64,000 nt of DNA from an uncultured Verrucomicrobiae bacterium (lineage in GTDB: Bacteria > Verrucomicrobiota > Verrucomicrobiia > Chthoniobacterales > UBA10450), in the NCBI GenBank assembly GCA_963801815.1, contig CAWDGJ010000007.1, forward strand, positions 128,001-192,000, read 5' to 3'. Position 1 is the first letter of the stretch. Each line of letters starts with the position of its first letter. Of this stretch, positions 20,454 through 31,286 are shown in pieces. A model generated the notes under the pieces. It had not been told where the DNA came from. It made no database searches and saw nothing but the letters and a program-made list of their open reading frames with translations. The position numbers were made by a program, and so were the translations under genes.

Positions 20454-21460
20454 GCCTTCATCTTTTTCATTACTCGCAGATAAGCAGCAGCGATGGCTTC
20501 CGATTGAAACTTTGCCAGATGCTCTGGGGCGTGCTGCAACAAAGTTGCCCGTGCGTCAGGTCGGTTAATCATATGCTCCAATTGCGCGGCCAGCGCGACA
20601 ACGTTTTCGTTTTCAAAGGTCAGCCCGCAGGGCCCAATCGCTTCTTTCAAGCCGCCTTCTTGCGAGCCGACAACGACACAACCGCAGGCAATTCCTTCAA
20701 CGGCCACTACGCCAAACGGCTCGGCCCAGCGCGACGGGACGACCAGGACACGATGGCGATTCAAAGTTTGAGCAAGAGTAATTCCCGATTGCTGTCCAGC
20801 GAACGTTACCTGTCGATCCAAACCGAGCTGAGCACTCAGTTTCCGTAGATTGCCTTCCTCCGGACCGCTGCCAACAATGGTCAAATCAGGCGAGAAACCA
20901 TTGCGCTGCAAAAGTTTGGTCGCCTCCAAAAGCAAATCGACGCCCTTGTCGGAGACGAGTCGTCCAACAAAGACAATCGTTTTGTCGCGCGCGATCTCCG
21001 GCATCAAATGAAACACCCTGTCATCATAGGGATTGCCGATCACAAACGAACTTGAACTGAGACGGTCGGCTACGGCCTTGCTGATGGCGATGTTGGTGAC
21101 GAATCGAAGGAGGGCCTGCTTGAGCCGATTTTGCCAGCCGCTGCCTCCGCGAACGTTTTGAAGCCAGGTTTGATGCGTAATCAAAGTCGGCTTTCGCACA
21201 ATCAAAGCCGGGATCAGGCTGCGAAGGCTAATGTTATTTTGAAAAAAAAGATCGCACCACCTGAGCAGTCGAAAAATTTCGGCGATCGATGGACGCCGAG
21301 TGAGCCGGTAATTTGCGTCAGGAACTGGGCCGCCGACGCTCTGAGTAATAATGTGCACGTCGTGGCCGGCAGCCGCGAACTTATCAGCAAGAATTTTCGA
21401 GACCGACTCAATTCCACCAACACTTGGATCAAACAGATAAGAAGAGAAAAGAATCTTCAC
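20450..21460 (-). CDS. Glycosyltransferase family 4
   Basis: PSVGGIE, FVGRLVSDKG, EPFGVVAVEG; GTG start assumed. Confidence 0.9.
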   Translation of the reverse strand: MKILFSSYLFDPSVGGIESVSKILADKFAAAGHDVHIITQSVGGPVPDANYRLTRRPSIAEIFRLLRWCDLFFQNNISLRSLIPALIVRKPTLITHQTWLQNVRGGSGWQNRLKQALLRFVTNIAISKAVADRLSSSSFVIGNPYDDRVFHLMPEIARDKTIVFVGRLVSDKGVDLLLEATKLLQRNGFSPDLTIVGSGPEEGNLRKLSAQLGLDRQVTFAGQQSGITLAQTLNRHRVLVVPSRWAEPFGVVAVEGIACGCVVVGSQEGGLKEAIGPCGLTFENENVVALAAQLEHMINRPDARATLLQHAPEHLAKFQSEAIAAAYLRVMKKMKA

Positions 21461-21470
21461 GAAGGTCGGA

Positions 21471-22454
21471 TTACGAATAGTTGCTCCAGACGGTTCGCAA
21501 CATTTGCTTTCGTTTGACGAGTTTTTCTTTGGCGGTTGGATCAACGCGAGACTTTCGCGAGAGAATGATCGCTTCGAAACAATGCCGCAAAAACAGAAGG
21601 GGCTTGAGTAGCGCGACGTGTCTGCCGCGATGACGCCTTAGAAGGCAAAACCGATTTCGATGAAAGTCGAGCACGCGATTGGCCGACCAGGCCGAAAGCT
21701 GTTCCAGATTATCGTGGATGGCGTGGTCGGACGCGATGACCGCCATTGTCCAACCGAGTCCGGCGGAACGCCACGCCCAATCAATGTCTGTATCGGAAAA
21801 CGGAAAGTTCTCGGCGTCCAATCCACCGCTTTGCTCCCAAGCTTCGCGCCGAACCACCAGCGGGCTGGTGAAAACCACATCGCAGGTGCGCCAGCGAATT
21901 CCATCGGTCATTTGCCATTCGGACTCGTTCGGGGCGTGCAAATTGCAAAGAGCCGCCAGATTCTGTCCGAGCGCAAATGAGAGCGTTGAAGGAAATCGCA
22001 TGCCGTAGCCGAAAAATCTTCCATCATGTTGTTTAACGGTGAAGCCGCAGGCTGCGAGCCGCGGTTCGCGCTCCAGAAGCCCGATCGCTTGCTCGAGAGG
22101 CTCGATACTCAGCAAGCAGTTGTCGGTCTCGTAAAGAAACAACCATCGGACACTTGAAAAGCGAGCGATCGCTTCCGCGCAAGCGATGTTCACTCCGTCA
22201 CTGAACGAGCGACGGCGGTCAACGGCCTCGATCAAGACAAGATTGTCCGCGGGATTATTTTCGCACCATTCTCTTAGCAATTTGACGCTGCCATCTTTGG
22301 AACCGGCATCGAAAACAACAATAGCGCTACCAAATCGCGCGGTCCGCAACGCGCTCGTTAGCGACACGATCGCGCGTTCCAAAAGTGGCCGCCGGTTAAA
22401 TGAGTTGATCACGGCAACCAATTCGGTCGGTCGCTTGACAGGGTTCTGATTCAT
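21471..22454 (-). CDS. Glycosyltransferase family 2
   Basis: VINSFNR, VFDAGSKDGS, LFLYETD, GGLD..F...DIDW. Confidence 0.82.
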   Translation of the reverse strand: MNQNPVKRPTELVAVINSFNRRPLLERAIVSLTSALRTARFGSAIVVFDAGSKDGSVKLLREWCENNPADNLVLIEAVDRRRSFSDGVNIACAEAIARFSSVRWLFLYETDNCLLSIEPLEQAIGLLEREPRLAACGFTVKQHDGRFFGYGMRFPSTLSFALGQNLAALCNLHAPNESEWQMTDGIRWRTCDVVFTSPLVVRREAWEQSGGLDAENFPFSDTDIDWAWRSAGLGWTMAVIASDHAIHDNLEQLSAWSANRVLDFHRNRFCLLRRHRGRHVALLKPLLFLRHCFEAIILSRKSRVDPTAKEKLVKRKQMLRTVWSNYS

Positions 22455-23545
22455 CGCGGGGCGCTCAAGCCAAGCACCTCGGCAATACCGTTCACCAAAA
22501 GTTCCGACAAAACGTGCCGCTGATACCAATCGTAAATGTTTTGGGCAATTGCGGCGCGATTGTTAGCGTTCGGAACATCTATTTTGCCGCGAGACACAAA
22601 GAACGGACCGGGCAAACGATCGCCCTCCACCGAAATCGTCGAGCCCGGATACGGAAAGATTGGGATGACTCCGTGGGCGCACGCAGAAGCAAAGGCGCTC
22701 GATTTTAGAATCACCGAAGTCTCGATATCGGGACGGTGGAAATAATTGAACCAGGTGAACGAACAGGTCCTGAGAATTTCGGAGGCTTCAGCGGATGAGA
22801 TCCCGGGGCGATAATCGGATTCGATCGCAAGATCGGCAAGGAGTGAGCGAGTTACCGGATTTTCGTGTCCTCCAAGGACGAACAATGTGCGAGGAGCTAT
22901 TGACTCTGGAATTTCGCGCACAGCACCGGCCAACGATCGCAGCGAGCGTTCGCTCAGGGCCGTGCCGCCAACGATCACCCATCGGTGCGGGTCGCGATTG
23001 GCGATTTGATCATGCGAAAGCGATGGCTCACCCAATCCGGAAGGGACAGGATGCAAATGCGCGCGCGCATCCGGGACGAACCGCCGCAATTCACGAACGA
23101 AGTTCTCGTTGCTCACAATGCATTCGTGGGGCAGGCGTGCGACGGATTTGGCCAAATGAATCTGGAGCGGCTTCAACCAGAACGCGCTGCGCCAGGGTGG
23201 ACCGGACGCGTATAACTCATGGAAAATTGTAAGCAGCGGCCCGCGATGTTGCTCGCGCAGCTTGCGCAGGATCGACAATAGACGGAAGGGAACGCCACGT
23301 TTTTGATATCCGTAATTTACATAGTGTAAAATAACGCGGTCAGCCTGTTGCGCAGCGGCAGTTAATCGGTCGACCGGTAGAACTTCAAAACCGCGGACGG
23401 TGGATGGCGAAGACGCATCGGGGGTCACAAACACGGTGCCGCATCCGAATTTGTCGAGCAACTTTGCAGCGAGGGTAAGCGCATAATCGCCGACGCCGTC
23501 AATTCCGCCGGGAACTCTCGGCACAATTTGAAGAATGGTGTTCAA
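22451..23545 (-). CDS. Divergent GT-B glycosyltransferase-like protein
   Basis: DGVGDYA, LHYVNYGYQKRG, TIFHELY, KSSAFASACAHG; TTG start overlapping the upstream stop. Confidence 0.65.
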   Translation of the reverse strand: MNTILQIVPRVPGGIDGVGDYALTLAAKLLDKFGCGTVFVTPDASSPSTVRGFEVLPVDRLTAAAQQADRVILHYVNYGYQKRGVPFRLLSILRKLREQHRGPLLTIFHELYASGPPWRSAFWLKPLQIHLAKSVARLPHECIVSNENFVRELRRFVPDARAHLHPVPSGLGEPSLSHDQIANRDPHRWVIVGGTALSERSLRSLAGAVREIPESIAPRTLFVLGGHENPVTRSLLADLAIESDYRPGISSAEASEILRTCSFTWFNYFHRPDIETSVILKSSAFASACAHGVIPIFPYPGSTISVEGDRLPGPFFVSRGKIDVPNANNRAAIAQNIYDWYQRHVLSELLVNGIAEVLGLSAPR

Positions 23546-24750
23546 ACTGAAATGGCGTTTTCCTGATCTTGCGGCGATCTCACGTGCGCCAGTGAATCGC
23601 AATAGTCACCAATCGTATCGCCGGCAATCTTCTCCCAGCGGAACCCGCCCGCGATTTGCCGGCATTTTGCCGAAAGTGCTGCGTAATCATTTTCGTTCAT
23701 CTGCAAAATTTGCATCGCTCGCTCGGCCATAGCTTTGCTATCGCCCGCGGGTACCAAGAATTCAGTCGCCGCCAACCCGGCAAAGATATGTCTCGGTCCG
23801 GGAACATCGTAGGCAATAGTGGGAATACCGGCAGCAAGTTGTTCGATCACCGACAACCCAAATCCTTCGATATAGCTTGGGAAAAGCCCCACAGCGCAGC
23901 TCCCGATCAACTGCGGAAGGCTGCTTGGATCGTAACTGGAAATACAGCGAATCGATTCACGCGGCGAAACTCCGAGGTCACGTAACACCTTTTCCTCATC
24001 CATGATGGTGCCGAGAAACGCGAACAGCGCGTTCGGAATCGAATTCCAAACCGCACGCAAAATATCCGGCCAGTCGCGCGAGCCTTTTCGAACGCTCCAC
24101 ATGCCGAGAAAACAAATTTCCTTTCTAGCGAGCCGCGCTGCAGCCGGCTGTGCCGCTTGGGAAAGCGCTGCACGCTCCGAGTCGTTCAATCCATAAGGCT
24201 GAACGATGATCTTCGCACCGGAGCAACGTTGTTCCAGTGCCTGTTTCTCCTGCTCGTTTGGAACATTGAAACAATCGCAATGGGAAAGTGCGCGGTCCGC
24301 GCTTCGTTGCAGCAGCCACGAGGTAAACGGATAGAAAAGACGGCCAAGGAATTTCCCGCGTGGCTGATCCCGCCAACGTTGGCGACTCGAGCGAATGAAA
24401 TCGGTATAGGCCAAATACAATCCGATCGAGCGTCCAACGATGAGACCATCAAACCCCAACGATCTTTTTGAAAACGGAAGTGTGCCGATCAAACAATCGA
24501 TGACGTCGAATTCGGCCGCGTTACGTCGCACATAACGCGCAGCGCGATATGGAAAGATTACCTGGCGCCAGACATAGACTGCAGGCGAGGAAGTTTGTGT
24601 TGGAAAAGCATCGCTGAGACAGAACTTGTCAATCTTGTGCCCGGCTTTCTTCCATTGCTCCGACAATTCGAACCAGACGCGGGTCGCGCCGAGACGCTGG
24701 TCCCACGGCAGATTGACTATGCAAAGAATACGAAGCGGGTTTTCCATCAA
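23542..24750 (-). CDS. Glycosyltransferase family 4
   Basis: FLGMWSVRKG, FPSYIEGFGLSVIEQLAAG. Confidence 0.88.
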   Translation of the reverse strand: MMENPLRILCIVNLPWDQRLGATRVWFELSEQWKKAGHKIDKFCLSDAFPTQTSSPAVYVWRQVIFPYRAARYVRRNAAEFDVIDCLIGTLPFSKRSLGFDGLIVGRSIGLYLAYTDFIRSSRQRWRDQPRGKFLGRLFYPFTSWLLQRSADRALSHCDCFNVPNEQEKQALEQRCSGAKIIVQPYGLNDSERAALSQAAQPAAARLARKEICFLGMWSVRKGSRDWPDILRAVWNSIPNALFAFLGTIMDEEKVLRDLGVSPRESIRCISSYDPSSLPQLIGSCAVGLFPSYIEGFGLSVIEQLAAGIPTIAYDVPGPRHIFAGLAATEFLVPAGDSKAMAERAMQILQMNENDYAALSAKCRQIAGGFRWEKIAGDTIGDYCDSLAHVRSPQDQENAISV

Positions 24751-25601
24751 CTGAAACCTCGATGCGCGAGTGTCGTCCAGAATTTGTGCCGGACCGGATT
24801 GACGTAATGCCGCATCACCAGCGCCGGCTTCGCGTACTTGTCCCGATAGATTGTTTGGTCATCCAATTTCAAAACAACCTTGCTCGGATCGAACGCCCGC
24901 GCGCCATTCGCGTGGAGGCAAAGGTGCGTCACGGTTTGGGTTGTAAAAAAATCCGGGACACCGTCGAACGCACGCAATCGTTCCAAGCCGAACGTCCAGT
25001 CGAGTTTTTCAAACAACAATAGAAAACCCATATTGGCCGGACTCTTCCTTTCGCTCTCGCCCCGGATCAGGCGCTCGTCGACCGACAATTGAGAATCGGC
25101 CTGATACAGTGCGGAGACTGATTGGGTTTGCGAGAGATGGACGAGCTCGTGCGCACCCGGAAAAAAGAGAACGTCCGCATCGGTGTAAAGTGCGGGACCG
25201 TTTGAGGGCAAAGACATAATCAGAGCCAATTGCTTCCCGGTAAAATGATTCTTGAAAAAAGACGCAACTTTCTCGGGTAAACCCGAGGGTAAAGGCGGCG
25301 CGGTCTGTTGAACCCGGACGCAGCCGTCGATTTTCTCCAATAACGCGGTGCTTCTCGCAGTATAAGATCCATCGGAGAGAACCGTGAATTGTTTAGGCCG
25401 GCCCGCGTAAGCAAGGAAGGAACGAATGGAGGCAGCTTGCTCCGGAAGCGAACTTTCGCCTGAGTAAGCAAACACATCCAAAGCGAGCGTACGCGGCACG
25501 CGCACCTGGCGGCGAACAATCATCGGCAGCGCTGCGCGATAGAGGTCGCGCATGATTCTGCCCTCCAAGAGCGCCGAATGATAAGGCACATTCGGCTTCA
25601 T
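24747..25601 (-). CDS. Putative GT-A fold glycosyltransferase (GT8-like)
   Basis: ASIRSFL, LYTDADVLF (DxD), NMGF, HY near the C-terminus; located in the EPS operon. Confidence 0.55.
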   Translation of the reverse strand: MKPNVPYHSALLEGRIMRDLYRAALPMIVRRQVRVPRTLALDVFAYSGESSLPEQAASIRSFLAYAGRPKQFTVLSDGSYTARSTALLEKIDGCVRVQQTAPPLPSGLPEKVASFFKNHFTGKQLALIMSLPSNGPALYTDADVLFFPGAHELVHLSQTQSVSALYQADSQLSVDERLIRGESERKSPANMGFLLLFEKLDWTFGLERLRAFDGVPDFFTTQTVTHLCLHANGARAFDPSKVVLKLDDQTIYRDKYAKPALVMRHYVNPVRHKFWTTLAHRGFS

Positions 25602-26914
25602 TCAGCCTGGGCGAAAGTACGGAAGCCGCGATAGCTCAGTCCGATATTGAGCAGCACGGCCGGCACGGTCGATATCAAGTTAAAAATAAGGACACCAGCG
25701 ACAGTAGAAAAATCGGTAAACGGTATTAGCGCAGCCTGTGTCGCCAAGGTGAGCGGAATATAAAGCCATGAGCCATTGATCCACGCCTTGGAAGAGTTCA
25801 ACATCCAAAGGGTGGACCCGAAAGCGGTAAAGACCGCGCAGCTAACCATCAACACCAGTTCGCGATGTAAATGGGTATACCGATTTCCGAGAATAAGCAG
25901 AAATTGGTCAGGAAAAGCGGCGGCGGCGGCGAGCACGATGAGACTAAATAGAGCAACTCCGCCCGCGATCAGTACATAGAGGATTCGTAATTTCGCCTTG
26001 TCCTGACACCGCGCGAAGGCAGGTACGAAGATATTCGTCAGTGTGCTCATGAGAACGGCGGAAATCATCGCGAGACGTCCAAGCGCTCCGACTTCCGCAA
26101 CTTCGCTAGCCCGCCGTCCGAAAAAGCTGATCAGGAAAACGGTGATTTGTCCCTGCAAACAATAAAACAGCGCATTGGCCGCGAGTTTTTTCGTCAAGCG
26201 AACAATCTCTTGTCGGTCCTCCAGATTTTCGCTCGCGTTCAGATCAATAACCTTCGCGGAGTAAGAGCGGAGGAGAAGGTATTGCAAAAAGAAAATGGCA
26301 CTGCCGATCGCCACTGCTAATCCGGCTCTGGCGAAGACATAGATGAGTCCGAGAATCAGGGCAAGACGAGCCGTCGCGCACACAAAATCGATGGTTTGGA
26401 TTCGTGCAATGTCGGAGCGCAGCCGCGGAACAACGGCAAACACGTCGATCGACAATTGAATTGAGAAGCCGATCAGAACGATGACGATTAAGAGAAGCGT
26501 ATAGAGCGAAGATGCACCGTTCCGGGCGAGCATCGCGTAGAGAAGCGGAGCGACGATCAGGAAGGCCAGCGCTGCGAGTCGCCGGCGCACGATCAGACCC
26601 GTATTGATCAATTGACCAAAGCGATGTCGATCCTGCCAAACGCGGCCGCCGATGGAAATGACCCCGACGCTAATACCTATGTCGGCCAAGACGTTTAACG
26701 TCGCCTGCATCGCGTTGGCGATGGTGAAGTAAGCGTACTCGCGTTGGGGTAACCAACGGACAAGGAGTATTCCGCTGGTAAAAGCGAGCAGTTGGACCAC
26801 GGCCTGAATCACAGCGTAGTTGCCAATGCGCCGGGCGTGATCGAAAGCGCGCCGCAGCACCGGAGTGTAACCTTCGGCCAGCACTGGCGTCGACACCGGG
26901 GCGAAGAAACTCAT
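25598..26914 (-). CDS. Wzx-type flippase
   Basis: About 12 TM segments; LLVRWLPQREYAYF and LADIGIS are typical of MOP polysaccharide exporters. Confidence 0.8.
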   Translation of the reverse strand: MSFFAPVSTPVLAEGYTPVLRRAFDHARRIGNYAVIQAVVQLLAFTSGILLVRWLPQREYAYFTIANAMQATLNVLADIGISVGVISIGGRVWQDRHRFGQLINTGLIVRRRLAALAFLIVAPLLYAMLARNGASSLYTLLLIVIVLIGFSIQLSIDVFAVVPRLRSDIARIQTIDFVCATARLALILGLIYVFARAGLAVAIGSAIFFLQYLLLRSYSAKVIDLNASENLEDRQEIVRLTKKLAANALFYCLQGQITVFLISFFGRRASEVAEVGALGRLAMISAVLMSTLTNIFVPAFARCQDKAKLRILYVLIAGGVALFSLIVLAAAAAFPDQFLLILGNRYTHLHRELVLMVSCAVFTAFGSTLWMLNSSKAWINGSWLYIPLTLATQAALIPFTDFSTVAGVLIFNLISTVPAVLLNIGLSYRGFRTFAQAE

Positions 26915-27011
26915 GGCCGGATCATGTTGGAAGAGAGCAATGAGCTACCCAAGTGCCAAGCGGAATCTGCACCGAGTACCGATCGGCGACAGTCCGGAGA
27001 GTGTGGGATTC

Positions 27012-29210
27012 TTACAGGCTTTGACAGAAGACAGCGACAGAGAAGAGAACCGAACGGTCTATGACGTTTCGATTGCTTTCGGTCGCGACCTGAGCGACTG
27101 GCGCGGGCGTTTCGCTGTCCGGAACGGCCGGCGTCGTGTAGTACTCCGAATATTGATAGTAGTAATATTCGGGCAACGACGTATCGACGAAGTTCAGAAT
27201 GACGCCGGGAACGTTGACCTGGCGGTTGTAGAGCAGCTCGAGCGACTTCCTGGTCAGCCGCGCGGAAGTGTAGGAAAGCCGAACCACAAACAGGGTGGCG
27301 TCAATCTTCGGCGCGAGGCTGGTCGTGTCGTCGGCGGCAAGAACCGGCGAGCTATCGATGATGATGTAATCGTAGAAGTTATAGATCTCGCGCAAAATGG
27401 CGTCGGTCGATTCGCGCAGAAGATGTTCGCTCGGTTGCGACAGAGTTTTGCCGCGGGGCAAAACGAAGAGCGTTGGATATGCCGTCGGCACAACAACTTC
27501 GCGCCAGTTTACTTCCTGCTTCAGCACTTCGGAGAATCCGATCTTTGAGGAGATCCCGAAAGCCTCGCGAAGCGCGCCTCGACGAAGATCGCAATCAATC
27601 AACAGGGTCTTGGCGCCGGAAAGCGCCATGGTGATGGCGAGATTGGCGGAGATGGTCGATTTGCCTTCGTTCGGAACGGCGCTGGTGATCAGGAAGCTCT
27701 TCGGTCGCGGCCCTTCGTAAGGCATGAAGAAAATCGAAGAGCGGATGTTGCGATAGGATTCGGCAAATACGTGGCGCGCGTCGTCCGGTTGCAGCAAAGC
27801 GACGTTGCCCTTGCCCTTTTCTTTCGGGATTTGGCCAAGAACATTTTCGGAAAAATGATGTTGGAATTCACTAAACGACGCCATCCGATCGTCGATGCGA
27901 TCGAGCAGAAGCAGAATTGCCATCCCGGCGATCGCGCCAGTTCCAAAGCCGATTAGAAGACTCTTGATCAATCCCGGACGAACCGATACCGGCGCGGTGG
28001 CCATTTCCATGATGGAGACCTGGTCCTCGCCATCCACGACTTGCGAGACATCAACGTCTTTCAAATTGTTGGTCAGGCGATCGTAAAGCGTTTTGAGGCG
28101 ATCGACCTTGCCTTTGACCCGATTGAACTGGGCAAGACGCTGACTGAGATCGAGCGCTTTGGTTTCCCATTCCTTGATGTTGGTCTGGAGGTTTTCCATC
28201 TGTTTGCCGATCGATTCACGACGCGTTTTCAATCTCTCCAGCGTGTCAGCGCGGAAAAGCTCGATCAATTTGTCCTGCTTGGTGATTTCGTCGTTGAGCT
28301 TGAGGATTTTGGGATGGTTTGGTCGCAAATCCTTGGCCAGGGTGTCACGCTCGGCTTTGAGCAACTGAAGCTGTTGTTTCGCCTTTAAGTAATCGGCCTC
28401 GGGACCGACATCCGAAAACGGCAAACCCTGACTATCGCCTGAAGGGCCCTGAGTATTTTGGGCCGCATCCATCTTGTTCTGGGCACGATCGAGATTTTGG
28501 TCTAGGTCGAGCAGATTCAGCAGATCGTATTCGGTTTTGAGCTGCGCGTATTGCTGATTCAGTCGGACCAGATAAGCAGCGGCGCTGTTCCCCTCTTCCT
28601 GAATAAATCCAATGTTGTTCTGCTTTTGAAATTCGAGCATTTCGTCTTCGCTGTTGCGCAAATCTTTTTCCACTTGAATCAACTGCTCGGTGATTCCGGT
28701 GGTCACCTCGTGGCCGCGTTCTTCCCGCATCCCGCTTTTGAAATCGAGATACTTCTGCATGACCGCGTTCAGATAGGCCTGGGTGTAATCGGGCGCGCTG
28801 CCGACGCCAGTGAGCTCGAAGATCGATGTCCGCGGTTTTTGTACAACCATGATTTCCACCGGCACGGGCTGCAGCTCGGGATGCGACGAGCGCACTAGCA
28901 ATTCGGCGCTGTGCTTAACCTCGGCGCTTTGCATTAGCTGAATTTGAGTGCCGTAAAAATTCTGGGTTTCCTCGCTGTAAATCGCGCCCTGCGGAATCTT
29001 CATACTGCCGGCGAGGATCATCTTGCCCTTCGACATGAATTCCGGCGGCCGCTGATAAATCAGGAACGCTTCCACAAATAATCCGAGGCAAATTGTCAGG
29101 ACAGGAATCCACCAACGCCGCAGAAAGAGCGATTTATAGCGGTGCAGTCGTGTAATCAACGCAGCCGACCAGGATGCGGAAGTATTCTTAGTAACAGGAG
29201 ACGCGCGCAT
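27012..29210 (-). CDS. wzc: Wzc-type polysaccharide co-polymerase / BY tyrosine kinase
   Basis: Two TMs flanking a coiled-coil periplasmic region; AESYRNIR, Walker A PNEGKS, LIDCDLRR, IIIDSSP, Tyr cluster EYYYYQYSEYY. Confidence 0.92.
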   Translation of the reverse strand: MRASPVTKNTSASWSAALITRLHRYKSLFLRRWWIPVLTICLGLFVEAFLIYQRPPEFMSKGKMILAGSMKIPQGAIYSEETQNFYGTQIQLMQSAEVKHSAELLVRSSHPELQPVPVEIMVVQKPRTSIFELTGVGSAPDYTQAYLNAVMQKYLDFKSGMREERGHEVTTGITEQLIQVEKDLRNSEDEMLEFQKQNNIGFIQEEGNSAAAYLVRLNQQYAQLKTEYDLLNLLDLDQNLDRAQNKMDAAQNTQGPSGDSQGLPFSDVGPEADYLKAKQQLQLLKAERDTLAKDLRPNHPKILKLNDEITKQDKLIELFRADTLERLKTRRESIGKQMENLQTNIKEWETKALDLSQRLAQFNRVKGKVDRLKTLYDRLTNNLKDVDVSQVVDGEDQVSIMEMATAPVSVRPGLIKSLLIGFGTGAIAGMAILLLLDRIDDRMASFSEFQHHFSENVLGQIPKEKGKGNVALLQPDDARHVFAESYRNIRSSIFFMPYEGPRPKSFLITSAVPNEGKSTISANLAITMALSGAKTLLIDCDLRRGALREAFGISSKIGFSEVLKQEVNWREVVVPTAYPTLFVLPRGKTLSQPSEHLLRESTDAILREIYNFYDYIIIDSSPVLAADDTTSLAPKIDATLFVVRLSYTSARLTRKSLELLYNRQVNVPGVILNFVDTSLPEYYYYQYSEYYTTPAVPDSETPAPVAQVATESNRNVIDRSVLFSVAVFCQSL

Positions 29211-29211
29211 A

Positions 29212-29895
29212 TTACATGTTGATCAAGCGCTGCGGGACATAGATCTGATCGTCCGGCTGAAGTTCGAGATCTTCCTCGGTATGTCCTTCTTCAATCACGC
29301 GCTTCAAGTCGACGGTAAAATCCTGGCCGTTATGCCGAGTTAATTTCACTTTTCGTTTGTTGGCGAAATCACCAAAACCCCCGGCTCTAATGATCGCTTT
29401 GCTCACGGTATAGCTTTCGTCTGGCGGAATTTCCTGCGGCCCCTGCCCTTTCACCGAACCATAAACGTAAACCCGGCCGCGGGATTTCTCGCTGACGCGA
29501 TCGACGGCGAGAATCACGGTGGCGTGATAGTAATATTCTTTCTCCAGTAACGCTTTGATCGTGTAAGCCAGTTCCTTGCACGACCTCCCTTGGGCCGGAA
29601 CCAGACCGACGTACGGAACTTCCAGCTCCCCGTTGTCATTAACGCGCAAGCGCTGCGATTCGTTGTCTCGATCTTCGACGACGCGGAAGCTGACATAATC
29701 GTTCGAGCCGAGCTTTTTCTTGTCGTCCAGCACCGACATCGAGTTGGTTCGCAACACTGCACTACTAGACGTCGGCAGGTCAGGCGCAGTTGGTCTTGGT
29801 GCAACCGGAGCCGGGCTGCCTGCGTCCTGCGCCCAAGTCCAATTAGATAAAATGACACAGGCAGCAGCGATGCCCGCATACACACAGACTCTCAT
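29212..29895 (-). CDS. Short OPX (Wza-like) polysaccharide export protein, Poly_export + SLBB
   Basis: RVNDNGELEVPYVG, VYVYGSV, AIIRAGGFGDFA, LQPDDQIYVP; ends immediately after the SLBB domain. Confidence 0.85.
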   Translation of the reverse strand: MRVCVYAGIAAACVILSNWTWAQDAGSPAPVAPRPTAPDLPTSSSAVLRTNSMSVLDDKKKLGSNDYVSFRVVEDRDNESQRLRVNDNGELEVPYVGLVPAQGRSCKELAYTIKALLEKEYYYHATVILAVDRVSEKSRGRVYVYGSVKGQGPQEIPPDESYTVSKAIIRAGGFGDFANKRKVKLTRHNGQDFTVDLKRVIEEGHTEEDLELQPDDQIYVPQRLINM

Positions 29896-29926
29896 GTTGA
29901 CCCCCAATCTACCCCTTTTGCTTCTT

Positions 29927-31286
29927 TTAGAAACTGTAAGTGCCGTCGACAGAAACGCGGTTTTGGTTGTAATCGCGCAGAAACACGTCGGAATCCTTGC
30001 TTGTTCCCTGATAGCGGAGGCCGAGCGTAATGTGGGGTGTTAACTGGTATCCGAGAGTGATCGCGCCGCCAATACGTTGGAAGTGTTCGCCTTCCCTTTG
30101 GCCCGTCAGGACCGTGAAAGGAGTCGCACCCAATGGTCCACCGGATTCTTCGGCGTCTTCGAAGAAGAACTCCGTGGAGAGCAACACATTGCGGATAAGG
30201 TTCCAGCTCAGAGTGTGCCGGACGTAGTTTAGCGTGATGTAGTTGGACTGGATACCGAGTTGATTCTCGTGTCCCGCGCTCAGTGTCTGACTGAGTTGGG
30301 CGTTAATCCGATGTGAGATCAATCCATTTACATAGTAGTCCTCCAGATCCTTGTGATCTGGAAACGGGATCGCCGAACGGACCGAAGAAGAACGTCACAA
30401 AATTCTGGTCGAAATTAATCCACTGATAGCCGCCAGCGACGCGAACCTTGAGATTATTCGTCAATGCCGCTTCCACAAAGCCGCCGACGCTGTAATCCTC
30501 GTTGTCGTTAAGAATTCCTACACCGGTATTGTCGTCAGTGTACCGGGTCCAGACAGCGTTGCCCTCAACCCCAACGGTAACGGTAGGGTTAACAATAAAG
30601 GCAGCTGAACCTCCCACAATTTCCGAGTTTCGATTCTCGTAATCGAAATCCGAATTAGTCGCGATAAAGTTGTAATGATCGTAGCCGACTTGCAGGAGCA
30701 CCTTGTTCAAGTCCCACAGCACTGAAAGGCCGGCCGTGTTCTCAAACCGGCCATAGTCCGTGACGTTGCTCAAAGCGCCTTCTTGAATCGGGTCCTGTTG
30801 TAATTGGAACCTGTCGTGAATGTTGATTCGGAAGTCGCCAACGAAGATGTCGAAAGCGAGCTGGGACTTCGGCGCAATCAAGATCGAATCAGTGTTGTCC
30901 TCCGAATGATCGAGATAAAACGAATATCCAATACCGAGATCGAGCCGTAAGGTGTTGAGTTGGGTGACCGGCCAGATCGCATCGAGGGTCAGGTTCGGTG
31001 TGACAATCACGTCGTCCTGCACGTTTACCTCGGCGTAATTAATATTGTCGTTGTACTCCACGCCAACGCTCGCACCCACGCGGAAACGGACCGGGCCCAA
31101 AAGCAAATTGTACGGGATGCGGGAGACATCTTCTTGCCTTGCGTCGTAAGCCTCCTGCCCCGCTAGTGACGGACGAACCGCATCCTGCGCATTTACCCGA
31201 AGGCTCGCAAGTGATGCGATCGCTATCAACAGGAACGGCAGTTTCAGAAATTTTTCGCGATAGACAGGGACAGCACGATGACTCAT
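29927..31286 (-). CDS. Outer-membrane beta-barrel of the EPS locus (frameshift near 30370)
   Basis: Signal peptide, EYNDNI motif, alternating beta-strand pattern, C-terminal beta-signal VSVDGTYSF. Confidence 0.8.
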
